A stretch of DNA of 64,000 bases from Ptychomitrium polyphyllum (GCA_973851085.1 OZ316776.1:4030001-4094000); one strand, 5' to 3'; positions 17,541 to 29,703 are shown, counted from the first letter of the stretch. A program made the numbers and translations. The notes: generated from the letters alone by a model not told the origin.

Positions 17541-18636
17541 CATGGTGAATTTTGAATGGTTGTAGCTTATTACTACAAGCCACCTATATATTATGACAAT
17601 TGTAATTATCAACACAATCGATATAAGCCATGTGGAACAATAGTATGACAATGGATTTGGCAAATGCAATATTATTGCTTTGTTTGATCTTCATTTATGT
17701 TAATATTTGCTTAAGCATAGGATGTGTTTATGCATGATAATTCCATATTCAAAATTACGTGATATTTGTATAATATTTGTCCATATATGTCCTATAGCCA
17801 TTAGAGTTATTTGAAAAGTCCTTTATTTTGCACTATTTTTTTTCCTAATTTCTAACTTCTTTTTGGTCTTTAATTTTAAATGCTATAATATCTTATTATA
17901 CATGAATAGTGCATTGTTTAATTTGTAGGCTATTGACTTGGAATATAATAGAAGGTGTGGAATATACAAAGAAGTATGGAGAATAATGATAGGTCTTTGT
18001 TTAAAATTGTTTCATTAGTAGATACAAACTCACATTTAGAAATTTCTAAAATCTATGAAAAATCTTAACTTTTCATTGCTAAATTGTATATGTCTCATAA
18101 ACAATAGAATCATTTATAAACCCAACTTTCCTCTTATTCAAAAATATGAAGTTTATCTCTTAATTAAAAAAAAATATTCTCTATCAAAAACTCTATACAA
18201 ATTGGTCAAACATAGATACAACCGAGGAATATTGGAACTTAAACCTCAACCATAAACCCAAAGGAATTGAAGAAAAAATGACATCATTGGCAAGATCTTG
18301 GATGAAAAGAGGCTTATTGTTACTAACAACTATACCATCGCCCTTTTCGCAATGGCTCTAAACCACACTGTAGGCACAAACGTCCACAACACATTTATAA
18401 GGAAACCAAATACAATAGCTCAGAAGCGTCATAACTGAGAAGGGTGGGGGTGGGTGCCTCTCAGCGCGGGTGTCCTAGAGCCCGGTCCGGGATTGGCGCG
18501 GACGGGCGGGCGACCGCTGGACGGGGTCGGGGAAGCAAAATCCCTAAACCTGGAGCGAGCGCGAGAGGGGCATCAGTCGCGACGGCGCAGGGGTCGTGAC
18601 GGGCTTGCAGTCTCGCAGCGAGCGCATCAGGCCGCC

Positions 18637-21434
18637 ATGTCAATTCTGCAGCAGAGCGAGAACTTGGTGCTGGTGCTGGACTTCGGGTCGCAGTACACGC
18701 ATCTCATCACGCGACGCATTCGGGGACTGCACGTCACGTCTGTGTGCTTGCCGGCAGGGACGCCGCTGGCTAGCATCCAGGCGCTGAAGCCGGCTGTGAT
18801 CATCCTCTCGGGCGGGCCACACTCCGTGCATCTGGAGGGCGCGCCGACCGTGCCGGAGGGGTTCTTCGCGTACGTGAAGGAGTGTGGGATTGTGGTTTTG
18901 GGAATCTGTTATGGTTTGCATTTGATTGTGAAGCTGCTTGGGGGTGAGGTGAAGCCGGCGGACAGGCAGGAGTATGGGCGTATGCAGATATCTCCCGTGG
19001 AGGGGAGTCGGTTGTATGGAGATAGTCCCGAGGCGATGAGCCAGACGGTGTGGATGAGCCATGGTGACGAGGCGGTGCGGCTCCCTCCGGGGTTTAAGGT
19101 TGTGGCGACTAGTGTTCAGGGTAACATTGCTGCAATTGAGAATGCGGAGGCCAATGTGTACGCCTTGCAATACCATCCCGAGGTGTGGATTTCGTTTCTG
19201 CCGCAGTTGCTACAGTTGCAAGGTTGAGGTGGAATTGAGCTCGTCGTGATGGAAAGTTTCCCGTTTTAGGAGCGTTTTTTGGTTGGGTTCGGAGTTTGTG
19301 ATTCTTGGTTCTGGTTTTTAGGGTGGTTTTAAAACATCGTGTTTTGAGGTTAGGATTTGAGTCGATTTTTCTTTTTTGTGACGGGGATTCATGATGGATC
19401 GGGAGGGTTTTTCTGCTTGATTGCAAAACCAATTCAGAGGAGTTGGTGATTTGCAGGTTACGCACTCCGAGAAAGGGACTGAGACTTTAAGGCACTTCTT
19501 GCTCGACGTTTGCGGTGTTACGGCTGATTGGCAGCTTCAGAATGTGCTGAAAGAGGAAATTGAGAAAGTCACAAAGATGGTTGGCCCGGATGACCATGTT
19601 ATATGTGCACTTTCGGGTGGTGTGGACTCAGCTGTAGCTGCCAGTCTTGTGCACCGAGCTATCGGAGACCGCCTTCATTGTGTGTTTGTGGATAACGGCC
19701 TCTGCAGGTAGGAATTTCAGTGTCAATTTATCTTTTCCCTGAAACTTTGGCATCTCTTGTGATGCTAATGTGCTCGGGATTGTTTCGGGCTATTTATTCT
19801 ATGTTCGTTACGAAGTGTATAGCATCAGGCATTTAATTCATGAGTTCGATGATCATCGGCAAAGAATTGTGGACAGTTAGAGTTTATAGGTACTAATATT
19901 TACGGTATTATTACTATAAGGAATTTGGTTGATTTAATAGTAGGTGGTTTTGAAAGTTTACCTGCTTCTGCTTTTTCACCAATTTTGTAAATGGGGTTTA
20001 GGTACAAGGAAAGAGAAAGAGTGATGGCTACATTTGAGAAGGACCTCCATTTGCCGGTCACTTGTGTGGATGCCACGGAACAGTTCCTCGGCAAGTTGAA
20101 AGGTGTAGTTGATCCGGAGAGAAAACGGAAGATCATTGGAGCCGAATTTATTGCAGTCTTCGATGAATTCTCTCACAAATTGGAGAGAGACATTGGAAAA
20201 AAGCCAGCCTTCCTTGTGCAGGGAACTCTGTATCCAGATGTTATCGAGTCTTGCCCTCCTCCAGGAAGCGGGAAGTCGCACTCTCATACAATTAAAAGTC
20301 ATCACAATGTAGGTGGTTTGCCCCCTGATATGCAATTGAAGCTGGTGGAGCCTCTTAAGTGGCTATTTAAAGATGAGGTGGGCGGCTATACTTCTTGCTC
20401 CGTACATCTGACTATTCTTTGAGTTCCGTCAAGTGACCTGGCTGTATCTATGTCTATTTGGTATTGCAGACCCTTCAGTTTTATACCTGAGTCGCGGATA
20501 GAGCAGCTTTGGCAATCTTGAAGATCTTTTCAGGAATGTTGATTTTACTAAGACCGAATCGTGCAGGTACGCGAGATGGGCAAGTTGCTGGGTGTACCTG
20601 CTTCTTTCGTGAGTCGGCATCCTTTTCCCGGACCCGGACTGGCTGTACGAATAATGGGTGATGTTACACAGGGCAATGCACTCGAGACCATCCGCTTGGT
20701 ATGCCTGATACCCATTCAATAGTGGTTTACCCTACATTTACGGTTGTATCTATCTGATTGTAGCATGATATATGTTATCGATAATGTTATGATTATGACG
20801 ATATGCGGTTCTCAATTTCTGAAATTGGAGTTATTTGGGGCAGGCGGATGAGATTTTCGTAAACAGCATCAAGGAGGCAGGTCTTTACGATAAGATCTGG
20901 CAAGCATTTGCAGTTTATCTTCCAGTAAAGACTGTAGGTGTCCAAGGGGATAAACGAACCCATTCACATGCTGTTGCTCTTCGTGCAATCACCAGCGAAG
21001 ACGGGATGACTGCTGACTGGTAGTGCACCCGTGCTAGTGACCAGCCTTTTGCACGCCTCATTATTTATTGCTGTACTTCTTGAGATTTGTAATATTTGGT
21101 GGACATATTGAGTGAGTGGCGGACATCGTTGAGTATTTCAGAATTTCTCGGGTTGGTTGTTAATTCTATAGAAGACATGTAAAACTTAGACCGACTTTTG
21201 CGTGGGTGCACTCGTGTTATTTGAAACAAGCAAGGTAGATTAGGTTTTAACCAAATGACTGATTTGACCGACAAGCTTTGAGCTAACAGTTGTGTATGTT
21301 TTCCTTGCAGGTATCATTTTGATGGAAAGTTCCTTGCTGATGTTTCATCTAAAATCTGTAATACCGTGAGAGGGATTAATAGGGTAGTTTATGACATTAC
21401 GTCAAAACCTCCGTCAACTGTTGAGTGGGAATAG
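18637..21434 (+). CDS. GMPS: GMP synthase (glutamine-hydrolysing); 6 exons: 18637-19182, 19457-19707, 20002-20377, 20567-20698, 20844-21019, 21311-21434
   Basis: [17 protein letters not shown], the catalytic GICYG, MSHGD, QYHPEV, PP-loop [40 protein letters not shown], and C-terminal [14 protein letters not shown]. Confidence 0.96.
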
Positions 21435-21829
21435 CAGTTGAAAAGGCATTTGAAGAAGTGGTTTCTGGTTTTGATAATTTATTTTTGACAAAACTTCACT
21501 TGTCCTGAACATTTGGAGAAACCAATCTCATTGTTGGTATGCTGTTTTGAGTACTATGTGCTAAAGGAAAATTATCATGTTCATATTATTGAACAGCTTT
21601 CTACGCGATCACGTGAATCAGATGTGTAGCACTGAATTTGTCGCTTTGTTTGCTCGTGAGTGACCTGCGGACCGTAGCAGGTCTTTCTAGTAACGGTTTC
21701 TGTCATTATCCGAAATTGGTTAGTGGAGTATCTTTAGAGTATTGAATCGTTGTTTTTAGTCTTTTTCGGGATACTGGCACTTGTAAATGTATGACCTCAC
21801 AAAAACGTGAAAGTTACTCACGGGTCAGG

Positions 21830-22028
21830 GTCTGGGTCCAGGAAAAGGATGGCGACTCACGAAAGAAGCAGGTACACCCAGCAACTTGCCCATCTCGTGT
21901 TACCTGCACGATTTGGTCTTAGTAAAATCAACATTCCTGAAAAGATCTTCAAGATTGCCAAAGCTGCTCTATCCGCGACTCAGGTATAAGACTGAAGGGT
22001 CTGCAATACCAAATAGACATAGATACAG
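21830..22028 (-). repeat. Inverted partial duplication of GMPS intron 3 / exon 4 (reverse complement of 20442-20639)
   Basis: Manual alignment over ~198 bp shows 6 substitutions and one 1-bp insertion. Confidence 0.95.
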
Positions 22029-22841
22029 AAAGATACTGGCACTAATATATGGCCACTTCACATTTTTCTACACTATATTGTATAGTCACTGCATCCGGTG
22101 TAATCCACCATTAATGCACATAAACATGGATGATACAAGGCAAAGCAACCCAAAATCAATAACACCTCCATATTCAACCTGTAGTCTTCCTTACAACCAA
22201 CACATTGACTAAAATTTTATACCATTCCTTGGAATCTAGTGTTATGGAACAGCCTACATATGGGTTTAGAATCAATCTATTTACCAACTTTTGCATGAGT
22301 AACTATTTACTTTTGATACTCCATAATCTCTATTCTTCTACTTAGAAAAAGTATCACTTTCCTTATAACACCACTATGCATATGCAAAAAAGTTTAAGGT
22401 ATCGCTTTAAGGGGGCTCTACCTTACATAAATGGGTCAGGTCTTGGTCCGAGGTCTTCCTGTGATGTGGCTGCTTTCTGGCTCCCCAATGTGTGTTTGTA
22501 ATTTTTCCCACTTAGAGCCAGCCAGGTCTTATCTCTGCGTCTATCATGATGTTGTCAAGCTCGATATAAGACGTTAAAATTCTGCTTGAGTTGTTTCTGC
22601 AATGCAATCCACTTTGACGCAATTGTAGAGTTTGTGAGGTTTATGATGCGCATTACATTCTTTTCCGCCAATTCATTCTCCAGAAACTCGATCAGTATCG
22701 GTGCTTTTCTTTCACAGTATGCTAGTCGAGGTGGATGATGTTGGTGATGTTGCTGGGCTAGTGTGTTTGTGGTGAAGGACATGCAGATAACGGTACCAGT
22801 GCTGTTAGTTCGAGGATCCGTTGAAAATTGGAGTTGCTGCC

Positions 22842-24401
22842 ATGAAGGATCCGAATCACTCGTTGCAGAAGCTGCTGATCGATGCAGAAGTGGACCCGTC
22901 CACGAAACAGAACTGTACGTTTACTTTTGCGAATGGCATTATGAGATCTGTGAGCAGGCGCGACGAGATGATCGCTTGCACACCGGATTGGATATGGGGG
23001 GAGGTGAAGAAGCAAATGCACATCGCAGGGCCCATATTGTGCGCTACGCTCCTGCAATGCTTGCCGATTGTGGTCGCTATCATGTTCGTGGGGCACTTGG
23101 GGGAGTTGGAGCTCGCTAGCGCGTCCATCGCGAGCTCATTCGCGCGTGTAACGGGCACGAGTGTCGTCATTGGCATGGCCTCCCCGCTCAATACGCTCTA
23201 TGGACTAGCATTCGGAGCCAAACAATACCACATGCTTGGCATGTACATGCAGCGTGCAATCTTCGTCTTGTACCTGGTCTGCATCCCGATTTCAGTTGTG
23301 TGGTGGAATATGGACTCCCTCCTCGTGTTGCTTGGCCAAGACCCCCAGATATCCAACCTGGCGGGACTGTTTGCGAGGTACCTCGTGCCCACCGTCTTCG
23401 CAGTTGCAACCGTTCAACCATTGCTAAAAGTTCTCCAAGTTCAAAGCATCGTTCTCCCCATAACGATCATCTTCACCATCACTTTGCTCCTCCACATCCC
23501 CCTCTGCTGGCTCCTCATCTTCAAGTTCGGAGTCGGCTACCGCGGGGCACCAATCGCCACCGGCGTCTCCTCATGGCTCAACGTCATCTTTCTAGCCCTC
23601 TACGTGAAGTACTCCTCAAAGTGCAAGGAATCACGGACCGTATTCACTTGGGAGGCTTTCAACGAACTCCCGTCCTTCTTCAAGCTCGCAATCCCCTCCA
23701 CCGTCATGATCTGCCTCGAAAACTGGTCCTTCGAAGTCCTTGTCCTCCTCTCGGGCCTCCTCTCCAATCCCCGCCTCGAGACCTCCACCCTCTCCATCTG
23801 CGTCACCACCCTCGCCCTCCTTTACATGATCCCCTGCGGCATTGGCACCGCCGTGTGCACCCGCGTCGGCAACGAGCTCGGCGCAGGGCGCCCCCAAGCA
23901 GCCAAGGGCACGGTCGCGGTGGCCGTCTTCCTCGCCTTACTCGAGGGCCTCCTCCTAGCCACTCTGCTATTCTCCTTGCGCAGCGTCTGGGCAAAAGTCT
24001 TCACGGACGAGCGCGAGGCCATCGACTACGTGGGTCGCTGCATCCCCTTGGTTGCTGTTGTGCACGTCATGGACGCCATCCAAGGCGTCCTCTCGGGCGT
24101 CGCGCGTGGATGCGGAAGGCAAGCGTTCGGTGCAGCTACGAATCTGGGCGCGTTCTACATCGTAGGATTACCCGCCGCTGTTGTTCTTGCGTTCGTGTAC
24201 GACTTCAAAGGGCGTGGGTTGTGGTTTGGCATGATCTCAGGCATCGTCACTCAAACCATAACGCTCTTGATTATGACCGGGATCACGAACTGGCACCAGC
24301 AAGCTGAGGGTGTAATGCGACGTGTGTACTCATCTGCCACTGCGACGCTGCCCATGGACGCCAATCACGCGCACAAAGATAAAATCCCTGTTTTGAATTA
24401 G
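22842..24401 (+). CDS. MATE/DTX family efflux transporter, single exon (~519 aa from ATG 22842)
   Basis: Uninterrupted ORF with EVKKQMHIAGP, MFVGHLGELELASASIA, GAKQYHMLG..MQRA, FFKLAIPS..MICLE.WSFE, RVGNELGAGRP, QGVLSGVARGCG.Q, NLGAFYIVGLP and GLWFGMI, plus many hydrophobic segments. Confidence 0.92.
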   Translation: MKDPNHSLQKLLIDAEVDPSTKQNCTFTFANGIMRSVSRRDEMIACTPDWIWGEVKKQMHIAGPILCATLLQCLPIVVAIMFVGHLGELELASASIASSFARVTGTSVVIGMASPLNTLYGLAFGAKQYHMLGMYMQRAIFVLYLVCIPISVVWWNMDSLLVLLGQDPQISNLAGLFARYLVPTVFAVATVQPLLKVLQVQSIVLPITIIFTITLLLHIPLCWLLIFKFGVGYRGAPIATGVSSWLNVIFLALYVKYSSKCKESRTVFTWEAFNELPSFFKLAIPSTVMICLENWSFEVLVLLSGLLSNPRLETSTLSICVTTLALLYMIPCGIGTAVCTRVGNELGAGRPQAAKGTVAVAVFLALLEGLLLATLLFSLRSVWAKVFTDEREAIDYVGRCIPLVAVVHVMDAIQGVLSGVARGCGRQAFGAATNLGAFYIVGLPAAVVLAFVYDFKGRGLWFGMISGIVTQTITLLIMTGITNWHQQAEGVMRRVYSSATATLPMDANHAHKDKIPVLN

Positions 24402-26455
24402 CGGAAGGATTGTGAAGACGATGAGGAATTCATTCACAGTTAATGGTTTCTGTGATTTTGAGTATGACAGTATCCTTAGCGTCAACGTACTGTACTACAT
24501 ATAAGAGCTATGATTTTAATCGTGCACTCCCTGCTAAAGATGTAAGGGTGAGTTTTTTAGTCAGCATAGCTCAGAATGCATGTGTACATTGTGGTCGAGT
24601 ACCCGCTAGCTACTTCAGAATCTTGTGAGAACTCCATCTTACAGACACAAAGGTCGAACCGGGATTCCCGTAAAATAAACAACAAACGTCGACTGGTAAG
24701 GAAGAGAACATTACAGATTACGTGACAATATCACTGATACAAGAGACATATTTGTGTTACAATAATCATGAAGATGTCTAAAGTATCGTTCACAATGGAC
24801 ACGACGTCTTTTGTATGTATGGATCAATTTTTTCCTTCGCTTTAGGGAATAGAAGAGATTGTGTTCTGTATTCTAAAATTATATTTAACCTAAGTGCATG
24901 TGGGAATAATACCAAATTCGCTATCTTGTCAAAATGACAGTATCCTACCATAAGTAATTGGCACCAGTGAATCCAGTTACCACAATGAGCAAGTGGTGAA
25001 TCTACAAGACGTGAACTAAACTGTACCATACATACAGCGTTGTGAATTTTTGATCACTCTGTCATCCCGCGATGACCAGAACAATCTCCCAGAAAGGCGG
25101 TGACAGAAATGAAAGCCTCTGGGTGGGGTCTTGGATGGATAGAGCAACGCACATCATCGCCAACGAAACTTTCGCAACAGAGAAGATCGCCGTCAACTGT
25201 GAGGAACAGGATGAAGCTGGGCTGCACTTTCCGGGGGTGACTGTCTTGTAGTGTAGTTTGAAGTTGCCAGTGGAGAAAATGTCTCCGCGAACCCACCCAC
25301 TTGGTTCATCCCTCAAGAAGTTAGTTCCTAGTAGAGAGATCATAGTGCTCTCTTCTCTGTTTCAGTTTCTGACGCTGGTGCTAGTCCTTCATCTCCCCCT
25401 TGTCTCTGTGTTCCCAGCTGGGTGCTCACTCACTCCTTGGAAAACTTGAGTTTTGGGTGACCTACTCAGCTGTCGGCATGGGTGTGATAGGGTGGGGCGG
25501 CTTCGCGAGTAGCGGTATTGCTGCTCCACGATTCACCATTTGGTGGGTGTATGGTAGTGAGTAAGTGGGATTTGTGAAGTTAAGCTTTGTTTGGTGATCC
25601 TGTGTGGGGCTGGGGCGGAGTTTGCATCTTGGTGTTGCAGGTATTGAAGGTTGGTGCATGGAGAGAGTGTTTTCTCTGTTTTGTTGAATTTCTGTTTGTA
25701 GAGGTTTACCAACATGTACAGGGTGGCTTCTTGTGTTTTGGTGAGGTTTGTGGGAGAAGCTTTGTGAATCGTTTGGTGGAGTAGTCAAGCAGTATCACGT
25801 AGTGCCTGTGAGCATATTGCTGTCGGTATTCACACAGATTCCTATGATTTGGTTCTTTGAGGAGTCGCACTCTTTGTGAGCTACGAAATTTTGCATTTGG
25901 GTATACTAGTTTCGTGGCATAAGTGAATGCGGAAAGGGAAGTCTTGGCAGCATTGAAGGTGGCACGGGATTTCTGTTCATTGCTATTTGAGAAGCTTGCT
26001 GTGTTGGGAACAAATTGCGGTGCAACAGTGACGTCGAGGCCAGATTTATGATGTCGGTAGTTTTAGGTTAGAACTGGGTCTGCGATGGCAAATTGATTCC
26101 ATACTTAATCGATTGAAGCTTCTAGGTTTGGCACCAGACCTGTTCTACACTGCAACGCCGACACATACGTGGGTGGCGTTTGGTTGTTTGTGATATTCAA
26201 GTGTCAAGCTGACGAAAGTTTATTCCCCTTGTGCACGCAGACGGTAGAGTTGAACTCACTGTGTATGTACAGTGAGCGTGAAATAACTGGCAGGAGCTGT
26301 AAAACCACTCGGTTTTCATACTTCATTAATTAAAAATATGTCAAGGCAGAGTTCGGGGGAAGGCCGGCCGGCTGAGATGCAGGTATAGTAAAGGTGGTGT
26401 AGCTGGAACCTGGCATATTACCGTGGTGCAAACAGAAGCGTTTTCCTGGAGGAGC

Positions 26456-29400
26456 ATGCTTGGCAGGACAAAGGTGGTAAATATGGACGGCGAAATCAAG
26501 AAATTTGTGAGGTGCTAAATTGCGACTTTATTTACTCCTCTTGCGCCTCTGATCGATTTCGCGAATTCCTATTTTTGCATTTCCAAAGTCTTATATCGTG
26601 TCTATTTTATGTCATATTTTACAGGTTACGGCCCACGTTGGACAGCCAAATGTCCATGGGCTCAGAAAGTGACATCAACATTCCACTACGATCAGCCTTT
26701 CCGATTGACAGCGCCAATGCTTCAGCAGTGCGGCGAGGGTGGCAGAGAAGCTCCAAGGGCTTTTTAAAGTTGGGCCAAACCTTTGGGTTAAAAAGCTCAT
26801 CGCAGGTGTATGATGAGGACACAGCCAAGGACACCAGGTGGGATTACTTGGACCCTGCAAGCCCATCTTTACACAAATGGAACATTTTCTTTCTGGCTTC
26901 CTGCTTGGTGGCAGTCTTCGTGGACCCCCTCTTTTTCTACCTTCCCAAGGTGGACTTCGACAATAGCTGTATTCTGATCTCCAGAGAGCTCCAGGTGGCA
27001 GTGACTGTCGTCCGAACTATTACGGACTTCTTTTATGTGGTTCACATGGTACTTCGTTTTCGGACGGCTTATGTTAGGTCCTCCACTCGAGTGTTTGGAC
27101 GTGGGGAGCTTGTGACTAATCCCAGGGACATTGCTAAAAGATACTTTGAGTTTGACTTTTGGATCGATTTCGCAGCTGTTTTGCCAATTCCTCAGGTGGG
27201 AACTTACCCCCTGCCAGCTGGGTTATATCAATCTTTGTGCTGAGCTTGCTGTTTGCATAATGTTGCCAAGTTGGTGATTCGAGTATCAATTTGGTCAAAC
27301 AAGCACTAATGGGCTTATCATGGCAGGTTGTCATCTGGATCATAGTGCCACATGTGAGTGGTTTAGGAGCAGTAAACATAAACACCAAAAACGCTTTGCG
27401 TTACATCGTGGTCGTTCAGTATGTTCCTCGCATATTACGAATCCTCCCCTTATTGTCGAAAATTATCAACTCCACTGGCGTTCTAATGGAGACTGCTTGG
27501 GCTGGGGCTGCCTTCAACCTTCTATTGTACATGCTCGCCAGCCATGTCAGTGTTCTTACTTTTCACACTTTGTTGCAGCATCTTGTATTTATCTTGAATG
27601 TACTTGAACAGAACTGACTTATGGCATGTGTGGTGCTAATTGTAGGTGCTGGGTGCAGCTTGGTACTTTTTATCTGTGGAGCGGCAAGATACCTGCTGGA
27701 TTAAGACTTGCACTAATACAACTAACAGTTCGAATCCATGCGTCAAAGAAGTTTTCGATTGTGAATGGGTCCAAATGGTGGCACTGCCTACTTGGTATCC
27801 CGCCTTCAACGCTAGTTCGAACGTCTTTTGTAATAATGGCGGACCTCAAGATCCTAGTATTAGTCGGTTCAACTATGGGATTTACCAAAATGCGATCGAC
27901 CAAACTATTTCGTCAAGAGCAATTCTCTTCACTCAAACTTATTTCTACTGCTTGTGGGTTGGCTTACTTTCTCTGAGGTACATTAATCTTCCTACTTTCA
28001 TTTGGTCAAGGTTTTAATTAAATTTTTAGATTTTGTTGTTGCTTGTTTCAGAGACTAGTTGACTTGAATCGAGTCTGACATTGGGTGGTTCTCGTTTTCT
28101 AGTTCCCTGACTCAAACTCTTTCGGTGAGTACGTTCGTTGGGGAAATCATCTTCACCATACTTATCATCCTCCTGGGTTTGCTCTTATTTGCCTTCTTGA
28201 TTGGCAACATGCAGGTATTCACCTCTCTTCTAATTTGGACCTACATTAGTGTGCATGTGTTTTCCCTACCTGGTTTTTGAAATTTGATTTTGTAACTTAT
28301 GTTTGGGGTGTAATTACTGAGATGCTAGCTTTCTGATAATATGAGTTCGTTGTTCTTGTTAGACATACCTGCAATCTCTGACGGTGAGGCTGGAGGAAAT
28401 GCGAGTTAAGCGACGAGACACAGAGCAATGGATGCGGCATCGCAACCTGCCTCATGACATAGTGCAGAGGGTACGCCGTTATGATCAGTACAAGTGGGTG
28501 GCTACTCGTGGTGTGGACGAGGAATTGGTGGTGCAGAGCCTGCCCTCCGACCTCCGGAGAGACATCAAACGCCATCTTTGTCTTAGACTTCTTCGCAACG
28601 TAAGCTTGTATTTTATTTATAAAAAACCTCATATTTTAAAAACACTAACTCATTGTTTTCCCCAAGCAAAACCAGGCATTGGATTTGCAAGTTTTTGTTT
28701 GATTGCATGTGAAATATCTGATCTACAGCACTTTTTGTAGTCAAGAATTGTTCCATGTTAATGATACTTGTACAAAGTGGGCAGCAGAAAAAACTCGGGT
28801 TGGTTGTTCAAGTGAAATTCACTTTGTGAATCTTGCTAAGCCTGTTGTTCGCTGATTCTGACAAAAATCTTCATATGCGTTGCAGGTGCCATTTTGTGAC
28901 CAGATGGACGACAGTTTGCTGGACGCTATGTGTGAGCGGCTTAAGCCTGCACTTTGTACCGAGGGAACACACATCCTCCGTGAAGGGGACCCAGTGAATG
29001 AAATGTTTTTCGTCATTCGTGGTGAACTGGAGAGCGTGACAACTAACGGAGGTCGAACTGGGTTTTTTAACAAAGCTGCCATATTGAGTGGAGGGTTTTG
29101 TGGGGAGGAGCTGCTGACCTGGGCTTTGGATCCCAAGCCCCAGAGCCATCTCCCCATCTCCACCCACAGTGTGAAAGCCGTGAAGGAGGTTGAGGCTTTT
29201 ACTTTGTCCTCCGACGATTTGAAGTTCGTTGCCAGTCAGTTCCGTCGACTCCACAGCAAACAATTGCAACACACTTTCAGGTAAGCCAAACCACCATTCT
29301 TCTCTCATAAACGTTCTCTAATTTTAATTTTTAAGTTTTGTTTCTAGAGTCTAAATGATGGTTTGAATACGGGATTCAGATATTACTCCAACCATTGGCG

Positions 29401-29674
29401 AACGTGGGGAGCATGCTTCATCCAATCAGCATGGCGAAAGTATCAGCGACGGCGCTTGGCTGAGCTCCGTCGCAAAGAGGAGGACCAGTACTTGGCCCTG
29501 CAAGGAGAACCTACAGACAAGGTTCCCAGTCTGGGTGCAACTCTCCTTGCTGGCAAGTTTGCTAAGAACGCCATGCGTGGAGTGCAACGCCTCCGAAGCA
29601 TGCATGCTGCAGAACTTACTAGAATCTCCAACATCCCCAAACCCTCTGAACCTGACTTCTCTCAAGAGCATTGA
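26456..29674 (+). CDS. CNGC: Cyclic nucleotide-gated channel; exons 26456(or 26483)-26511, 26625-27195, 27327-27545, 27646-27977, 28103-28214, 28363-28599, 28886-29280, 29380-29674
   Basis: N-terminal KKFVR formed across exons 1 and 2, VDPLFFYLP, ETAWAGAAFNLLLYMLASHV, LIGNMQTYLQS, RRDTEQWMRHR, CNBD FCGEELLTWALDP, and the IQ motif FIQSAWRKY. Confidence 0.93.
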
Positions 29675-29703
29675 ACAGAGTGAGAGGGTACGTATTAGAG
29701 CTC

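Noticed and set aside
23300..24307. 335-aa overlapping ORF within the MATE gene
   Set aside because: It is an Arg/Pro/His-rich shadow frame, expected from C-ending codons in a GC-rich CDS.
25345..25365. GTGCTCTCTTCTCTGTTTCA resembling a miR156/miR535 target site upstream of CNGC
   Set aside because: There are too many mismatches in the seed-pairing half, and a CT-rich leader produces such matches by chance.
12383..29674. ALMT + MATE + CNGC as an aluminium-tolerance or ion-transport gene cluster
   Set aside because: The MATE resembles the general DTX type rather than the FRD3/citrate-exporter type, and GMPS intervenes. Proximity alone is not evidence of a cluster.
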